A stretch of DNA of 64,000 nt from Eledone cirrhosa (Eukaryota), in the NCBI GenBank assembly GCA_964016885.1, contig OZ024741.1, positions 47,988,001-48,052,000 of the forward strand. Direction: 5' to 3'. This document shows positions 12,300 through 23,700 of the stretch, piece by piece. A program made the translations under genes and the position numbers. Within the stretch, counting starts at the first letter, position 1, and each line of letters starts with the position of its first letter. Under the pieces are notes generated by a model that saw only the letters and a program-made list of their open reading frames with translations, was not told the origin of the DNA and searched no databases.

Positions 12300-14627
12300 T
12301 TATTGTTCATTTAGCTTGGGTTTGAATTTATCAATAAAATTCTTTTCTTTGATTTTTCTCTTGATTTCATTTGGGCTGTGTAATTTGTAGAATGGGAATA
12401 TTATAAATATTCCCTGACCACATGTTGCCAGGTGGCCGCTTAGGGGTATCTGACGGACATTTGGGTCTCTGATTTGTTGACGGTGTACCCGTGCACGTTC
12501 CGATAGTGCATTTCCAGTTTGACCGACATATAGTTCTTCACAATTCGGGCATTTAATGCAGTAAATTAGATTTCTGCTTTTGCAGTTCATATTTGCATTT
12601 GTGAATATTTTTCCAGTTTTTGTTTTCATATATTGACCGGCGTGTATGGATTGACATGTGCCGCATCGATTATCATTGCATTTAGATACAGTGAATGATT
12701 GGTCTTTGTTGTTAAGGTCAAACTTTGCTTTTGTTAGCAATTGCTTCAAATTTTTTGGCTGTCTTTTACTAAGAGTCAAAGATCGATCTGTGATTAAGCC
12801 TTTTAATTCATTACTTTGAGCAATGATCGGTAGGTTTGCTTTGGCAGTGTTGAAGATATTCTGGTGACATGGGTTGTGTGTCATTATAAATGGTATGACC
12901 AGTTCTTGGTTTCTTCTTCTTTGGGTTGTTCTAAGTTGTTGTATAGGTATTTTTATAGCCCGCTGTATGCCATTTTCTATAAGTAGAGATGGGTATTTTT
13001 GTTTGAGCAAAAATTCTCTTAGTTCTGTTAGGCGTTTGTACCTGGTATTCGTATCTTCTACAATGGTACAAATTCTTCTGGCTAGGCAGTATGGGATGTT
13101 GCGTTTTGTATGAGGTGGATGGCACGACTTAAAATTCAGATATTGATGGGTGTCTGTGTGTTTATAATATATATCCGTGGTAATGGTGGTGTCGTTTTTG
13201 ATTATCATTATATCTAGGAATGGTAATTTGGTCCTACTCATCTCTTTTGTGAATTGGAGAGATGGGTGTAGGTTATTCAGGAGGATATTGAACTCATCCA
13301 GAGTATCTAGAGATTCTGTCCAGATGATGAAACAGTCGTCAAGGTATCTCTTCCAAGATTTTTCAATGTACTTTCTAAAGTCAGTACTATATTTTTCCTC
13401 TATTTCTTGGTAGAGTTGTTGTTCTAAGTATCCCATTACAGAGTTCGCGTAAACGGGAGCAAACTTCGTTCCCATCGCTGTGCCTCTAATTTGGATGTAA
13501 TTCTTTCCATTGAAGAAGAAAGTGTTGTTTTCCAGAATAAGTTTAACTGCGTCTAATATAAATGGCGCTGTGAATCTAATGGGAATCACTTCTCTATGTT
13601 TTTCCACCCAGTATTTAACCGCCTTTATTCCTAAATCATGTGTAATGTTGGTGTAAAGGCTTACCACATCAAAACTGAGTAGAAGTGAATTCGTTTCCGT
13701 GGTTTTGGGAAGATGGGACAGGAAGTCGATATCATCCCGGATGAAACTGGGTATGTGAATACATAGTGGTTTCAAAATAATGTCAACAAAATTGCTTAGA
13801 CGGTGAGTGGGGCATGTTGGACCAGCTATAATAGGTCTAAGTTTTAAGTCTTTTGGGTGTAATAATTTAATGTACTCACTGTTTTGTTCTCTTACTGCCA
13901 GTTGTATTTCTTTTGACTTGTGAACTTTCGGTAGGCCATACAGGTTGCTGGGTTTCGGCTCAAAATTGGTGATGTAGTCTCTTTCCTTATCAGTAAATGA
14001 GTTGTGGTATTTTGAAGCCAGGTTGTTGATCTTCTTCATGATGTTGTGGTCTATATTTGACGGTATTTCATGATAGAATGTTGTGTCTTTCAGTTGTTCC
14101 TCAACCAAATCCTTGTAGTATTCAGTATCCATTATAACAACTGCACCCCCTTTATCTGCTTGTTTAATTATTATTGTTTTATCATTTTGTATACGTTTAA
14201 GTGCAGACATTTCTGATTTGTTAATGTTTGGCCTAACATTAGTATTATGTCTAAGAGGAAATTTAGACAGGATGTCAATGTATTGGTCGAGATAGATATT
14301 TCTTCCTTTTGGCGGAGTGAAATTTGATTTATTCTTTACTAGTGATTCATCACTCTCATTATTTTTATCAGCGAAGAATTCTACAAGACGTAATTTTCGA
14401 CAGAATTCTTGGGTATCCTCCTTCAGTTCTTGGTGGTTGACTGTTGGAGTCGGTGTGAATTTCAGTCCTTTTGACAGAATTTGCATTTCATCATTGTCAA
14501 GATCTCTTTTAGATAAATTAATTATTTTAGGATCTACGTGTACAGCTGTTTTGGGTATGTTTCCTCCTGGAGTTTTTCTTTTTCCGGTTTTTGTTGTCCT
14601 GACGTTAAAAAATGAATTTTTCTCTGT
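12300..14627 (-). CDS. PLE ORF2: reverse transcriptase plus GIY-YIG endonuclease, uninterrupted
   Basis: IINLSKRDL..ILSKGLKFTPTP, QADKGGAVV, LYGLPKVHK, RPII, SFDVVSLYTNI, GTAMGT, RYLDD, CNDNRCGTC linker, NLIYCIKCPNCEELYVGQT; frame open from the stop at 14628-14630, first ATG at 14486. Confidence 0.93.
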   Translation of the reverse strand, partial: TEKNSFFNVRTTKTGKRKTPGGNIPKTAVHVDPKIINLSKRDLDNDEMQILSKGLKFTPTPTVNHQELKEDTQEFCRKLRLVEFFADKNNESDESLVKNKSNFTPPKGRNIYLDQYIDILSKFPLRHNTNVRPNINKSEMSALKRIQNDKTIIIKQADKGGAVVIMDTEYYKDLVEEQLKDTTFYHEIPSNIDHNIMKKINNLASKYHNSFTDKERDYITNFEPKPSNLYGLPKVHKSKEIQLAVREQNSEYIKLLHPKDLKLRPIIAGPTCPTHRLSNFVDIILKPLCIHIPSFIRDDIDFLSHLPKTTETNSLLLSFDVVSLYTNITHDLGIKAVKYWVEKHREVIPIRFTAPFILDAVKLILENNTFFFNGKNYIQIRGTAMGTKFAPVYANSVMGYLEQQLYQEIEEKYSTDFRKYIEKSWKRYLDDCFIIWTESLDTLDEFNILLNNLHPSLQFTKEMSRTKLPFLDIMIIKNDTTITTDIYYKHTDTHQYLNFKSCHPPHTKRNIPYCLARRICTIVEDTNTRYKRLTELREFLLKQKYPSLLIENGIQRAIKIPIQQLRTTQRRRNQELVIPFIMTHNPCHQNIFNTAKANLPIIAQSNELKGLITDRSLTLSKRQPKNLKQLLTKAKFDLNNKDQSFTVSKCNDNRCGTCQSIHAGQYMKTKTGKIFTNANMNCKSRNLIYCIKCPNCEELYVGQTGNALSERARVHRQQIRDPNVRQIPLSGHLATCGQGIFIIFPFYKLHSPNEIKRKIKEKNFIDKFKPKLNEQ

Positions 14628-15634
14628 TCAGGATTTATATTCCTGTTGGTGTTCGCTTGATGAACTTTTGGTCGTGATATTATATTTGGTTTCGTTATGT
14701 ATTTTGTCCTATTTTTGGTATTCTGTATATTATTTTTCTTCCTGTTAGCATTATTTTTAACAATCTGGGAAAATGACCTAGGTTTGCTTTCAGGTTTAGA
14801 TCGTTTTTTCGTCCAGTTTCTTGTGGGCAATCTCTGTTGAGATCTTGAGAGTGATCTGGTTATTCTACGTTTTGTTTCCACATTCCTTGTTGGTAGTCTC
14901 TGTTGAGATCTTGAGAATGATCTCCTGGTTTTACTACTTCTCAAGGTCTGGTCAAAGGAATACCTATCGTGTTTGTGCTTTTTGTTCATGTTGTGTGCGA
15001 TAGGGTGTTTTTGTAGAAAAAGCGAAGAGTTATTACCGTAGTTCTTCTTTGATTCAAGGTAAGGTGAGTGTTTGTGTTGGCACGTGTTCTGGCGTATGTT
15101 GTGTTGATGAGATTGTCCACTTTTAATGCTTTTTCTCAGGGTTCCAGAGTCTTTACCGTAATTTGCAGCATATTCATCGAGAAATAATTGTTTCTGCTGC
15201 CATACCTTTCTTGATTTGTTTTCTTCTTTTGAGATATCTCCGATCCATAGTTCTCGTAGTTTTTCAGCTATAATACCAGTCGTTAGCTTTGAAATTTCAA
15301 CTTCAATTTGGTCATCAATAGCTTCATATTTGGCTTTGTAGCGGGATTGTTTACATTCAGAAATGGAGATGTCGGTCCTGAATTTTGTCAATGTACGTTC
15401 CCATCGGAGTTTTGTTTCTTCTTCTGGTTCTCCTGCAATTTCTGTAATTAGGTATTTACGAGGGAGTATGGGTGCCGTTAGAGAGAGCCATTTCGAATGT
15501 GTTTCGACATATTTTTCGCATCTGTATGCTTTCCAGAAATTTTGTTTTCTTTCGCATCTGTATGCTTTCCAGAAATTTTGTTTTCTTTCGCATCTGTATG
15601 CTTTCCAGAAATTTTGTTTTCTTTCGCATCTGTA
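14534..15634 (-). CDS. PLE ORF1, 5'-truncated: helical N-terminal part plus R/K/S-rich basic C-terminal part
   Basis: About 365 stop-free codons directly upstream of and overlapping ORF2; internal RSQQRLPTRN duplication. Confidence 0.7.
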   Translation of the reverse strand, partial: YRCERKQNFWKAYRCERKQNFWKAYRCERKQNFWKAYRCEKYVETHSKWLSLTAPILPRKYLITEIAGEPEEETKLRWERTLTKFRTDISISECKQSRYKAKYEAIDDQIEVEISKLTTGIIAEKLRELWIGDISKEENKSRKVWQQKQLFLDEYAANYGKDSGTLRKSIKSGQSHQHNIRQNTCQHKHSPYLESKKNYGNNSSLFLQKHPIAHNMNKKHKHDRYSFDQTLRSSKTRRSFSRSQQRLPTRNVETKRRITRSLSRSQQRLPTRNWTKKRSKPESKPRSFSQIVKNNANRKKNNIQNTKNRTKYITKPNIISRPKVHQANTNRNINPEQRKIHFLTSGQQKPEKEKLQEETYPKQLYT

Positions 15635-15674
15635 TACAGTTGAAAATTGCAAACTCGACTGTCACCACATATCA

Positions 15675-15713
15675 TGAACCTGAAGATTGCGAAAGCATGA
15701 AAGTACTTGTTCA
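15675..15713 (+). ncRNA. Minimal type I hammerhead ribozyme in the inverted pLTR
   Basis: Exact reverse complement of 11886-11924. Confidence 0.85.
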
Positions 15714-15829
15714 ATTAACACTTAGAATTTAATATTCTATCATACTATTTCATTATAATACCATTATATATATTTTAAAGGATTGTAAATAAAACGAGTA
15801 AATCAGACAAAGTTGGAATTCCTCTTATT

Positions 15830-15860
<31 letters not shown>

Positions 15861-16129
15861 AAGGTGTATATGGACCTATATATATATTATATAAAGGTGT
15901 ATATAACCCTTATATATATATTATATATAAAGGTGTATATGAACCCATATCATCATCATCATCACCGTTTTACATCCATTCTTTCACGCTAACATATCTG
16001 ATGCACTTAGGCTAATATAAAAATAAAACGTCTTGGCTTTTTGAAAAAATGTTTCATGAGTCTGGTTTTGTTACTCAATAAATATTTTCCATTCAGATGT
16101 TTATTAAATTTTTTTTTTCTTACATCTAG

Positions 16130-16291
16130 GATGAAATAACATCCATAACATTTAATGTGTGGGAATTTTCACAGCCTAAGACATTCCGTCCCATCCATCA
16201 GAGCTTCATCACACCAAACAGTCTGTTTCTGATAGTATGGGACCTGAGGAAAAAAGTCGAAAATATGAGACACTGGCTACAAAGTATTGAG
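16130..16291 (+). CDS. Host exon B: ROC domain, switch II region
   Basis: Polypyrimidine tract, tag|GAT...GAG|gtatat; 162 nt, phase 0/0; DEITSITFNVWEFSQPKTFRPIHQSFITPNSLFLIVWDLRKKVENMRHWLQSIE resembles ROC consensus F.VWDF.GQ..F...HQ.F.T..SL.L.V.DL...WL..I. Confidence 0.88.
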
Positions 16292-16381
16292 GTATATTTT
16301 GTCTTATTTCTCTATGAAGCCTTTTGATACCAAACTGCTTTAACTGCCACTGATCCTGCAGTACCAAACTGTTTATTTTAA

Positions 16382-17532
16382 CCCTTTAGTATTTACATTA
16401 CTCTATATATACTATTGTATTTTTGTGGTAAAGGTTTTATCTTACACTAGCATTAAAGCCCGGCGTTGCTCGGGGTCAGTAAGTTACCAAAGTTAGGTTG
16501 CACCACCCATTTTATGGCAGCACTTTTTTGTCTGCCAGGCACTGGGTGAATGAATTGCAGACCTGGACTGCCGAAGCAGGAGCTGCGCCAGCAGTGACAA
16601 TTGTAGTTTCGCCTATGGATATTATCTCTGCAAAGAAGTGTTGAAATTTATTGTTTCACAGTACTTGCGCAACACGCGCGTAGACGATGCCAGCCGAACA
16701 ACTGAGCTGCGATGGAGTTGTTCTGCATGGTTGTCTAATGTGTGTTTTCTAAATTTAAGACAGTAGGGAGTGGTGTGATATGGGGGAGAGTTAGCTGCTG
16801 TTTCTAGCAGGTTTAGTGACCTCATAGAGGATATGTTTTCTAAATTTAAGACAGTAGGGAATAGTGTGATATGGGGGGAGAGTTAGCTGCTGTTTCTAGC
16901 AGGTTTAGTGACCTCATAGAGGATATGTTTTCTAAATTTAAGACAGTAGGGAGGTGTGTGAGTTATATGGGGAGAGTTAAGTTCTCTTTGTCATTGAAGT
17001 AAATAAATGTTTGACCGTTCCACACTCAAAAACAAACGTTCTCTCTCTCTCCCTCTCACTTTCTTCTCACTCTCTCTTCGGCGTTCCTAAAGGAAGTTTG
17101 TAAGCATGTATGTAGTTTTATCGAATTTGAAGGGGAGTAGAGAGAGGTAAGCAGATTCTATTAGAGGGATAAAGTGTCATGCATTTAGTTTTATCGATTA
17201 TTTCCATAATTGTGGGTGAGTTTGAATGGAATAAATAGTCGTTGACCTAAGTTAGACCATTTACAACATTCTTACAGACTTTGAGTCGAATCGGTTTGAA
17301 ATTGTGCAAATGTATAAACATGGAACATGTGCACACACACACACAACAACAACAATCTGCCTTTTATAGATAATGATAATTATCTCACATAATATGGAAT
17401 CTGTGAGATTTTGATATTATTTATTTTGAGAACAATACCTTAACATCAGTATGAGCACCCAGTTACAGCTGATTTGAACAGAAAGAGGTGAGAGAATTCT
17501 GGCTGGATATGGCTGGTTTAAATGCTAAAGAG
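16382..17532. mobile_element. piggyBac-like MITE interrupted by a Helitron
   Basis: TTAA|CCCTTTAGTATTTA ... TAAATGCTAAAGAG|TTAA; uninterrupted paralog at about 9820-10032. Confidence 0.65.
16447..17370 (-). mobile_element. Non-autonomous Helitron
   Basis: Minus strand: A|TC 5' end, 3' hairpin CCCGAGCAACGCCGGG followed by CTAG|T; internal ~90-bp tandem repeats at 16745-16980. Confidence 0.8.
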
Positions 17533-17619
17533 TTAAAGTGTTTATATTTATCTAAAAAAAAACCTCTATCATAATTTCATGTAAGAAACTTTGTTTCAAA
17601 CATCAACTAAATAATGGTT

Positions 17620-17830
17620 ACTAATTTAGGCACCAGGCCAACAATTTGGAGGGAAGGGGCAATTTGATTATATCGACCCCAGTACTTGACTGGTACATTA
17701 TTTTATCAACCCCAAAAGGATAAAAGGCAAAGTTTACCTCAGCAGTATTTGTACTCAGAACGTAAAGTGCCAGAAGAAATACCACAGAGCATTTCGTCGA
17801 ATGCTCTAACAATCTGGCAATCCACCACCC
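17620..17830 (-). mobile_element. Meta-like SINE
   Basis: Reverse-complement homology to 1170-1355. Confidence 0.65.
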
Positions 17831-18289
17831 TCTAAACATCAACTTAATAATAAGAAGGTTAGTTATTTTACTAAAAACCTCCAAATTCTTGATTATTTTC
17901 AAAATGATTTGAAAATCATAGGTAATATCTTTCATTAGAAATATAGTAATAAATGGGTTAAATTTTTATAGAGGTAAACTATATGAAGTGTGCATGTAAA
18001 TAATGGGACCCTAATATGGAAGATTTGTATAAGACCTCTCCAATTCCTATTAAGAGGTTTCTTATATATTAAAAGTTATAAGTTTCATGTTTGGTGGGTC
18101 TCAGCTTCTTCTCAACTTTACAATGTTTTTCCTACTTAGCCTCAAGATTCTCACATAGGTTATTTTTCTGTGTCATGAACTTAATGTCTAGCTTTAACTC
18201 TAACGCTAAATTTCTTACTGCTTTGATGATCCCTGAGAAAAAAGTATGATTGTCACAACTTCCACTATCTTTTCTGTTGGTTGTGTATT

Positions 18290-18420
18290 TAAGGAGTTTG
18301 CTTCATAACCATGTGGTTTGGGGTTCACTTTTATCATGTGGCATCTTGGGCAAATGTATTTTACTATAGCCTTGGGTTGACCAATGTCTTGTGAGGGAAA
18401 TTTGGTAGGAAAAAAATGCA
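18290..18420 (+). mobile_element. SINE fragment, third family (also about 20055-20200)
   Basis: Shared GTGGCATCTTG(G/A)GCAA...CTATAGC..GGTTGACCAATG..TTGTGAG.GAAATT. Confidence 0.5.
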
Positions 18421-18564
18421 AAAGCTTGTTATATATATATATGCCTGTGTTTGAACTGCTATGCTACATGGCTACAAGGCAGTGAGGCATAGACTATGGA
18501 TGAAGAAGATTTGCAACAGTTGGAGAAGCAGGTGATTTATCTAAAGTCTGAAGTCTGCCTCAAG

Positions 18565-18805
18565 CTCAGAGGCTCATCAGGTCGGTGCTTATCCCAGTTT
18601 CTATGGCATGAAGTGACTGAGAGTACAAGACTTCCCCCTGGACAGGACGCCAGTCCATCGCAGGGTTAAATCCCCAGCCACTGCTGAATATACTGGAGCT
18701 ATATGAAATGAAGTGCTCAAGAACGCAACCCAGTCCAAGAATTGAACTCATCGCATTATGATTGTAAATACAACACCCTTACCATAAGGCCACACATCTT
18801 CACAG
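18565..18805 (-). mobile_element. Degenerate SINE with conserved-core-like domain
   Basis: CCCCCTGGACAGGACGCCAGTCCATCGCAGGGTTA motif and a tRNA-like head on the minus strand. Confidence 0.5.
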
Positions 18806-19761
18806 GAGATTTGCATCAGCTGGAAAAGCCTGTATGCTCTGCTGGATTTGTATGGAGCCCAAGTGAACTGAGAGAAAAAGCTGAATAGGAATCGGTTGTA
18901 GTGTGCGAAAGAGATGATTTATTTGGTATGTGATAACCCATTCACCCAATGCCAACATGGAAAGCAGATATTAAATGAGGATGATATGTGTGTCTATGTT
19001 TATGTATGTGTCTGTGTCTATATTTATGCATGTGTCTGTATTTATGACCCATAATGCCTATCATAGCCTTTTGTTGACACAATTTTATGAGTAAAGGCTT
19101 GAGAGAAATAAAAATATAAACCAAAGGAAAAGGAAGACTTGTCAACTATTCATATCTAAGAATAAAGCATTTTTTCTCTCTCTAAATTGGTAAATTAAAG
19201 CATTAATTTAATCCTTTTTTTTAAACCATATTTCTTTTGAAAGATATTACCTACAATATTCAAATAATTATGAATTTGGAAAGATTTAGTAACTGGTGTT
19301 TGGAGCATAACTTTTAGATAAATGTAAACTCTTTCAAATAAACAGCTTTGTATTGTAGAACCAGGGATGGCTTCTGGCAGTTAAGTTCTATTGTACAAAA
19401 CTGTTTGTTTAAAAGTGTTTATATTTATCTAAAAATCTTCCATGTAAGTTAAGTTATATTCCTAACACCAAATGAATAACGAGAAAGTTAGTTATATTAC
19501 AAAATCCCTCCAAATTCTTTATTATTTTCAGGAGGCTTTAAAAACACATTGGCAGTGTCTTTCATTAAAATTATGATAACAAAAAGGTTAAAGTGTTTAT
19601 ATTTATCGAAAAGCTTTCCATCATAATTTTATGCAAAGACCTTTAAGACATGTTGGCAGTGTTTTTCATAAAAAATAACAAAATGAAAGGATTAAGTAAA
19701 CTTTTGACATGATTGTCTGTATTTAAAAATAAAATTGACAACTTATTTTATTATTTCTCAG

Positions 19762-20025
19762 GCTAAAGCACCAGGTTCTTATGTGATCATTGTGGGCACA
19801 TTTCTGGATCAGGTTCAGGAAAAGAAAAGCAGTTATATAAAATCAGTTGAAAGCAAAATAAAAAAATATTTAAAGAACTCTATGTATTCTTTAAATGTAA
19901 TCAATTTTATGGGAGTATCTTTGGAAACAGAAAGTGGAATCAAAGAATTAACAGCAGAGATCTATAACATTGCCAGTCAAATGAGGGATGTTAAAAATAA
20001 AAGAATTAAACTGCTGGATAAAAAG
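19762..20025 (+). CDS. Host exon C: ROC domain G4/G5 region leading toward COR
   Basis: ttctcag|GCT...AAG|gtacat; 264 nt, phase 0/0; AKAPGSYVIIVGTFLD...GVSLETESGIKELTAEIYNIASQM...LLDKK (cf. ROC A.AP.SPVIIVGTHLD). Confidence 0.88.
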
Positions 20026-20559
20026 GTACATTTTTGTATTTCTTGAAAATTATTGTATGGCTGTGTTAAGTAGTTTGCTTTCAGAAGTGCATAGGTTTGC
20101 AATTAGTCCCACTGAGTGGCATCTTGAGCAAGTAAGTGCCTTCTATAGCTTTAGGTTGACCAATGCATTGTGAGTGAAATTTAGGTAGCAGAAACTATGC
20201 ACAAACCCTTCTTCTTCTTCTTTGCCCACTTATTCTATGAGATTTTGATATTAATTATTTTGAGGACATACCTTAACATCAGTATGTGTGGATGGTTACG
20301 GCTGGTTTGAACAGAAAGAGGTGAGAGAATTCTGGCTGGATGTGGCCAGTTTAAATGCTAAAGGGTTAAAGTGTTTATATTTATCTAAACACTCCTTCCA
20401 GCAGGTCCTGTCAGAAGCAACCATCTCTAACTGATCCAGCTAGATCCCCGAATGAGACCAGCCAGAGGAACTTCTGACTATGAAAATGGATTTCATTATC
20501 AAAAGTTTTAAATATGTTCTAAATAATCTTCTGTAGAAAAAATTTAAGACTTACAATAA

Positions 20560-20725
20560 TTGTTTCTACTTTTGGCACAAAGCCAGCAATTACTCCAGTG
20601 CATTATGGGGATTTATTTTATTGACCCCATAAGGATAAAAGGCAAAGCTAACTTCAGCGGGATTTGAACCCAGAATGTAAAGGGTGATAACTCTATGCTG
20701 CAAAGCATGGTATCCGATACTCTAA
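20560..20725 (-). mobile_element. Meta-like SINE
   Basis: Reverse-complement homology to 1170-1355. Confidence 0.6.
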
Positions 20726-20781
20726 TGAAATTCATTTTTATAGTCATGTAACGTAGATCAGTTTATTTCGACCCAATACTG

Positions 20782-23700
20782 AATAGCCACTCAATAAACG
20801 TGTGGGATATTGGTGTATAAAATAATAGCCACTCCATAATAGTGTGGGATATTGGTGTATAAAATAATAGCCAGTCCATAATAGTGTGGGATATTGTTGT
20901 ATAAACTAACAGCCATTCCATAATAGTATGGGGATATTGGTGTATAAACTAATAGCCACTCCATAATAGTGTGGGATATTGGTGTATAAACTTACAGCCA
21001 CTCCATAATAGTGTGGGATATTGGTGTATAAACTAATAGCCACTCCATAATAGTGTGGGATATTGGTGTATAAACTTACAGCCACTCCATAATAGTGTGG
21101 GATATTGGTGTATAAACTTACAGCCACTCCATAATAGTGTGGGATATTGGTGTATAAACTAACTAATAGCCACTCCATAATAGTGTGGGATATCGGTGTA
21201 TAAACTAATAGCCATTCCATTATCATATGGGATATTGGTGTATAAAATTACTGCCACTCCATAATAGTGTGGGATATTGGTGTATAAACTAATAGCCACT
21301 CCATAATAGTGTGGGATATTGGTGTATAAACTTACAGCCACTCCATATTAGTGTGGGATATTGGTGTATAAACTAATAGCCACTCCATAATAGTGTGGGA
21401 TATTGGTGTATAAAATAATAGCCACTCCATAATAGTGTGGGATATTGGTGTATAAACTTACAGCCACTCCATAATTGTGTGGGATATTGGTGTATAAACT
21501 AACAAATAGCCACTCCATAATTGTGTGGGATATTGGTGTATAAACTAACTAATAGCCACTCCATAATAGTGTGGGAAATTGGTGTATAAACTGATAGCCA
21601 CTCCAGAATAGTGTGGGATATTAGTGTATCAGCTAACTTATAGCCACTCCATAATAGTGTGGGATATTGGTGTATAAACTAATAGCCACTCCAGAATAGT
21701 GTGGGATATTAGTATATCAGCTAACTTATAGCCACTCCATAATGGTGTATAAAATAATAGCCACTCCATAATAGTGTGGGATATTGGTGTATAAAATAAT
21801 AGCCACTCCATAATAGCGTGGGATATTGGTGTATAAAGTAACAGCCACTCCATAATTGTGTGGGATATTGGTCTATAAAGTAACTAATAGCCACTCCATA
21901 ATAGTGTGGGATATTGGTGTATACACTAATATCTACTCCATAATAGTGTGGGATATTGGTGTATAAACTAATAGCCACTCCGTAATAGTGTGGGATATTG
22001 GTGTATAAACTACTAACCACTCCATAATAGTGTGGGATATTGGTGTATAAACTAATAGCCACTCCGTAATAGTGTGGGATATTGGTGTATAAACTAATAG
22101 CCACTCCGTAATAGTGTGGGATATTGGTGTATAAACTAATAGCCACTCCATAATAGTGTGGGATATTGGTGTATAAACTAATAGCAGCTGCATAATAGTG
22201 TGGGATATTGGTGTATAAACTAATAGCCACTCCATAATAGTGTGGGATATTGGTGTATAAACTAATAGCAGCTGCATAATAGTGTGGGATATTGGTGTAT
22301 AAACTTACAGCCACTCCATAATAGTGTGGGATATTGGTGTATAAACTAATAGCCACTCCATAATAGTGTGAGATATTGGTGTATAAAATAATAGCCACTC
22401 CATAATAGTGTGCGATATTGGTGTATAAACTAATAGCCACTCCATAATAGTGTGGGATATTGGTGTATAAAATAATAGCCACTCCATAATAGTGTGGGAT
22501 ATTGTTGTATAAAATAATAGCCACACCATAATAGTGTGGGATATTGGTGTATAAACTAACAAATAGCCACTCCAGAATAGTGTGGGATATTGGTGTATGA
22601 ACTAACTAATAGGCACTCCATAATAGTGTGGGATATTGGTGTATCAGCTAACTTATAGCCACTCCATAATAGTGTGGGATATTGGTGTATAAACTTACAG
22701 CCACTCCATAATAGTGTGGGATATTGCTGTATAAAATAATAGCCACTCCATAATAGTGTGGGATATTGGTGTATAAACTAATAGCCCCTCCATAATAGTG
22801 TGGGATATTGGTGTATAAAATAATAGCCACTCCATAATAGTGTGGGATATTGGTGTATAAACTTACAGCCACTCCATAATAGTGTGGGATATTAGTGTAT
22901 CAGCTAACTTATAGCCACTCCATAATAGTGTGGGATATTGGTGTATAAACTTATAGCCACTCCATAATAGTGTGGGATATTGCTGTATAAAATAATAGCC
23001 ACTCCATAATAGTGTGGGATATTGGTGTATAAACTAATAGCCCCTCCATAATAGTGTGGGATATTGGTGTATAAAATAATAGCCACTCCATAATAGTTTG
23101 GGATATTGGTGTATAAACTTACAGCCACTCCATAATAGTGTGGGCTATTGGTGTATAAACTAATAGCCACTCCATAATAGTGTGGGATATTTGTGTATAA
23201 AATAATAGTCACTCCATAATAGTGTGGGATATCGGTGTATAATCTAATAGCCATTCCATAATAGTGTGGGATATTGGTGTATAAACTACTAACCACTCCA
23301 TAATAGTGTGGGATATTGGTGTATAAACTAATAGCCACTCCATAATAGTGTGGGATATTAGTGTATAAAATAATAGCCACTCCATAATAGTGTGGGATAT
23401 TGGTGTATAAACTTACAGCCACTCCATAATAGTGTGGGATATTGGTGTATGAACTAATAGCCACTCCATAATTGTGTGGGATATTGGTGTATAAAATAAT
23501 AGCCACGCCATAATAGTGTGGGAAATTGGTGTATAAAATAATAGCCAGTCCATAATAGTGTGGGATATTGGTGTATAAACTTACAGCCACTCCATAATTG
23601 TGTGGGATATTGGTGTATAAACTAACTAATAGCCACTCCATAATAGTGTGGGAAATTGGTGTATAAACTAATAGCCACTCCAGAATAGTGTGGGATATTA

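Larger units (their letters stand above)
11770..15829 (-). mobile_element. Penelope-like retroelement (Neptune-like, EN+), 5'-truncated, with inverted pseudo-LTRs
   Basis: 11770-11964 is the reverse complement of 15635-15829; encloses ORF1 and an RT/GIY-YIG ORF; inserted in (TA)n. Confidence 0.93.
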
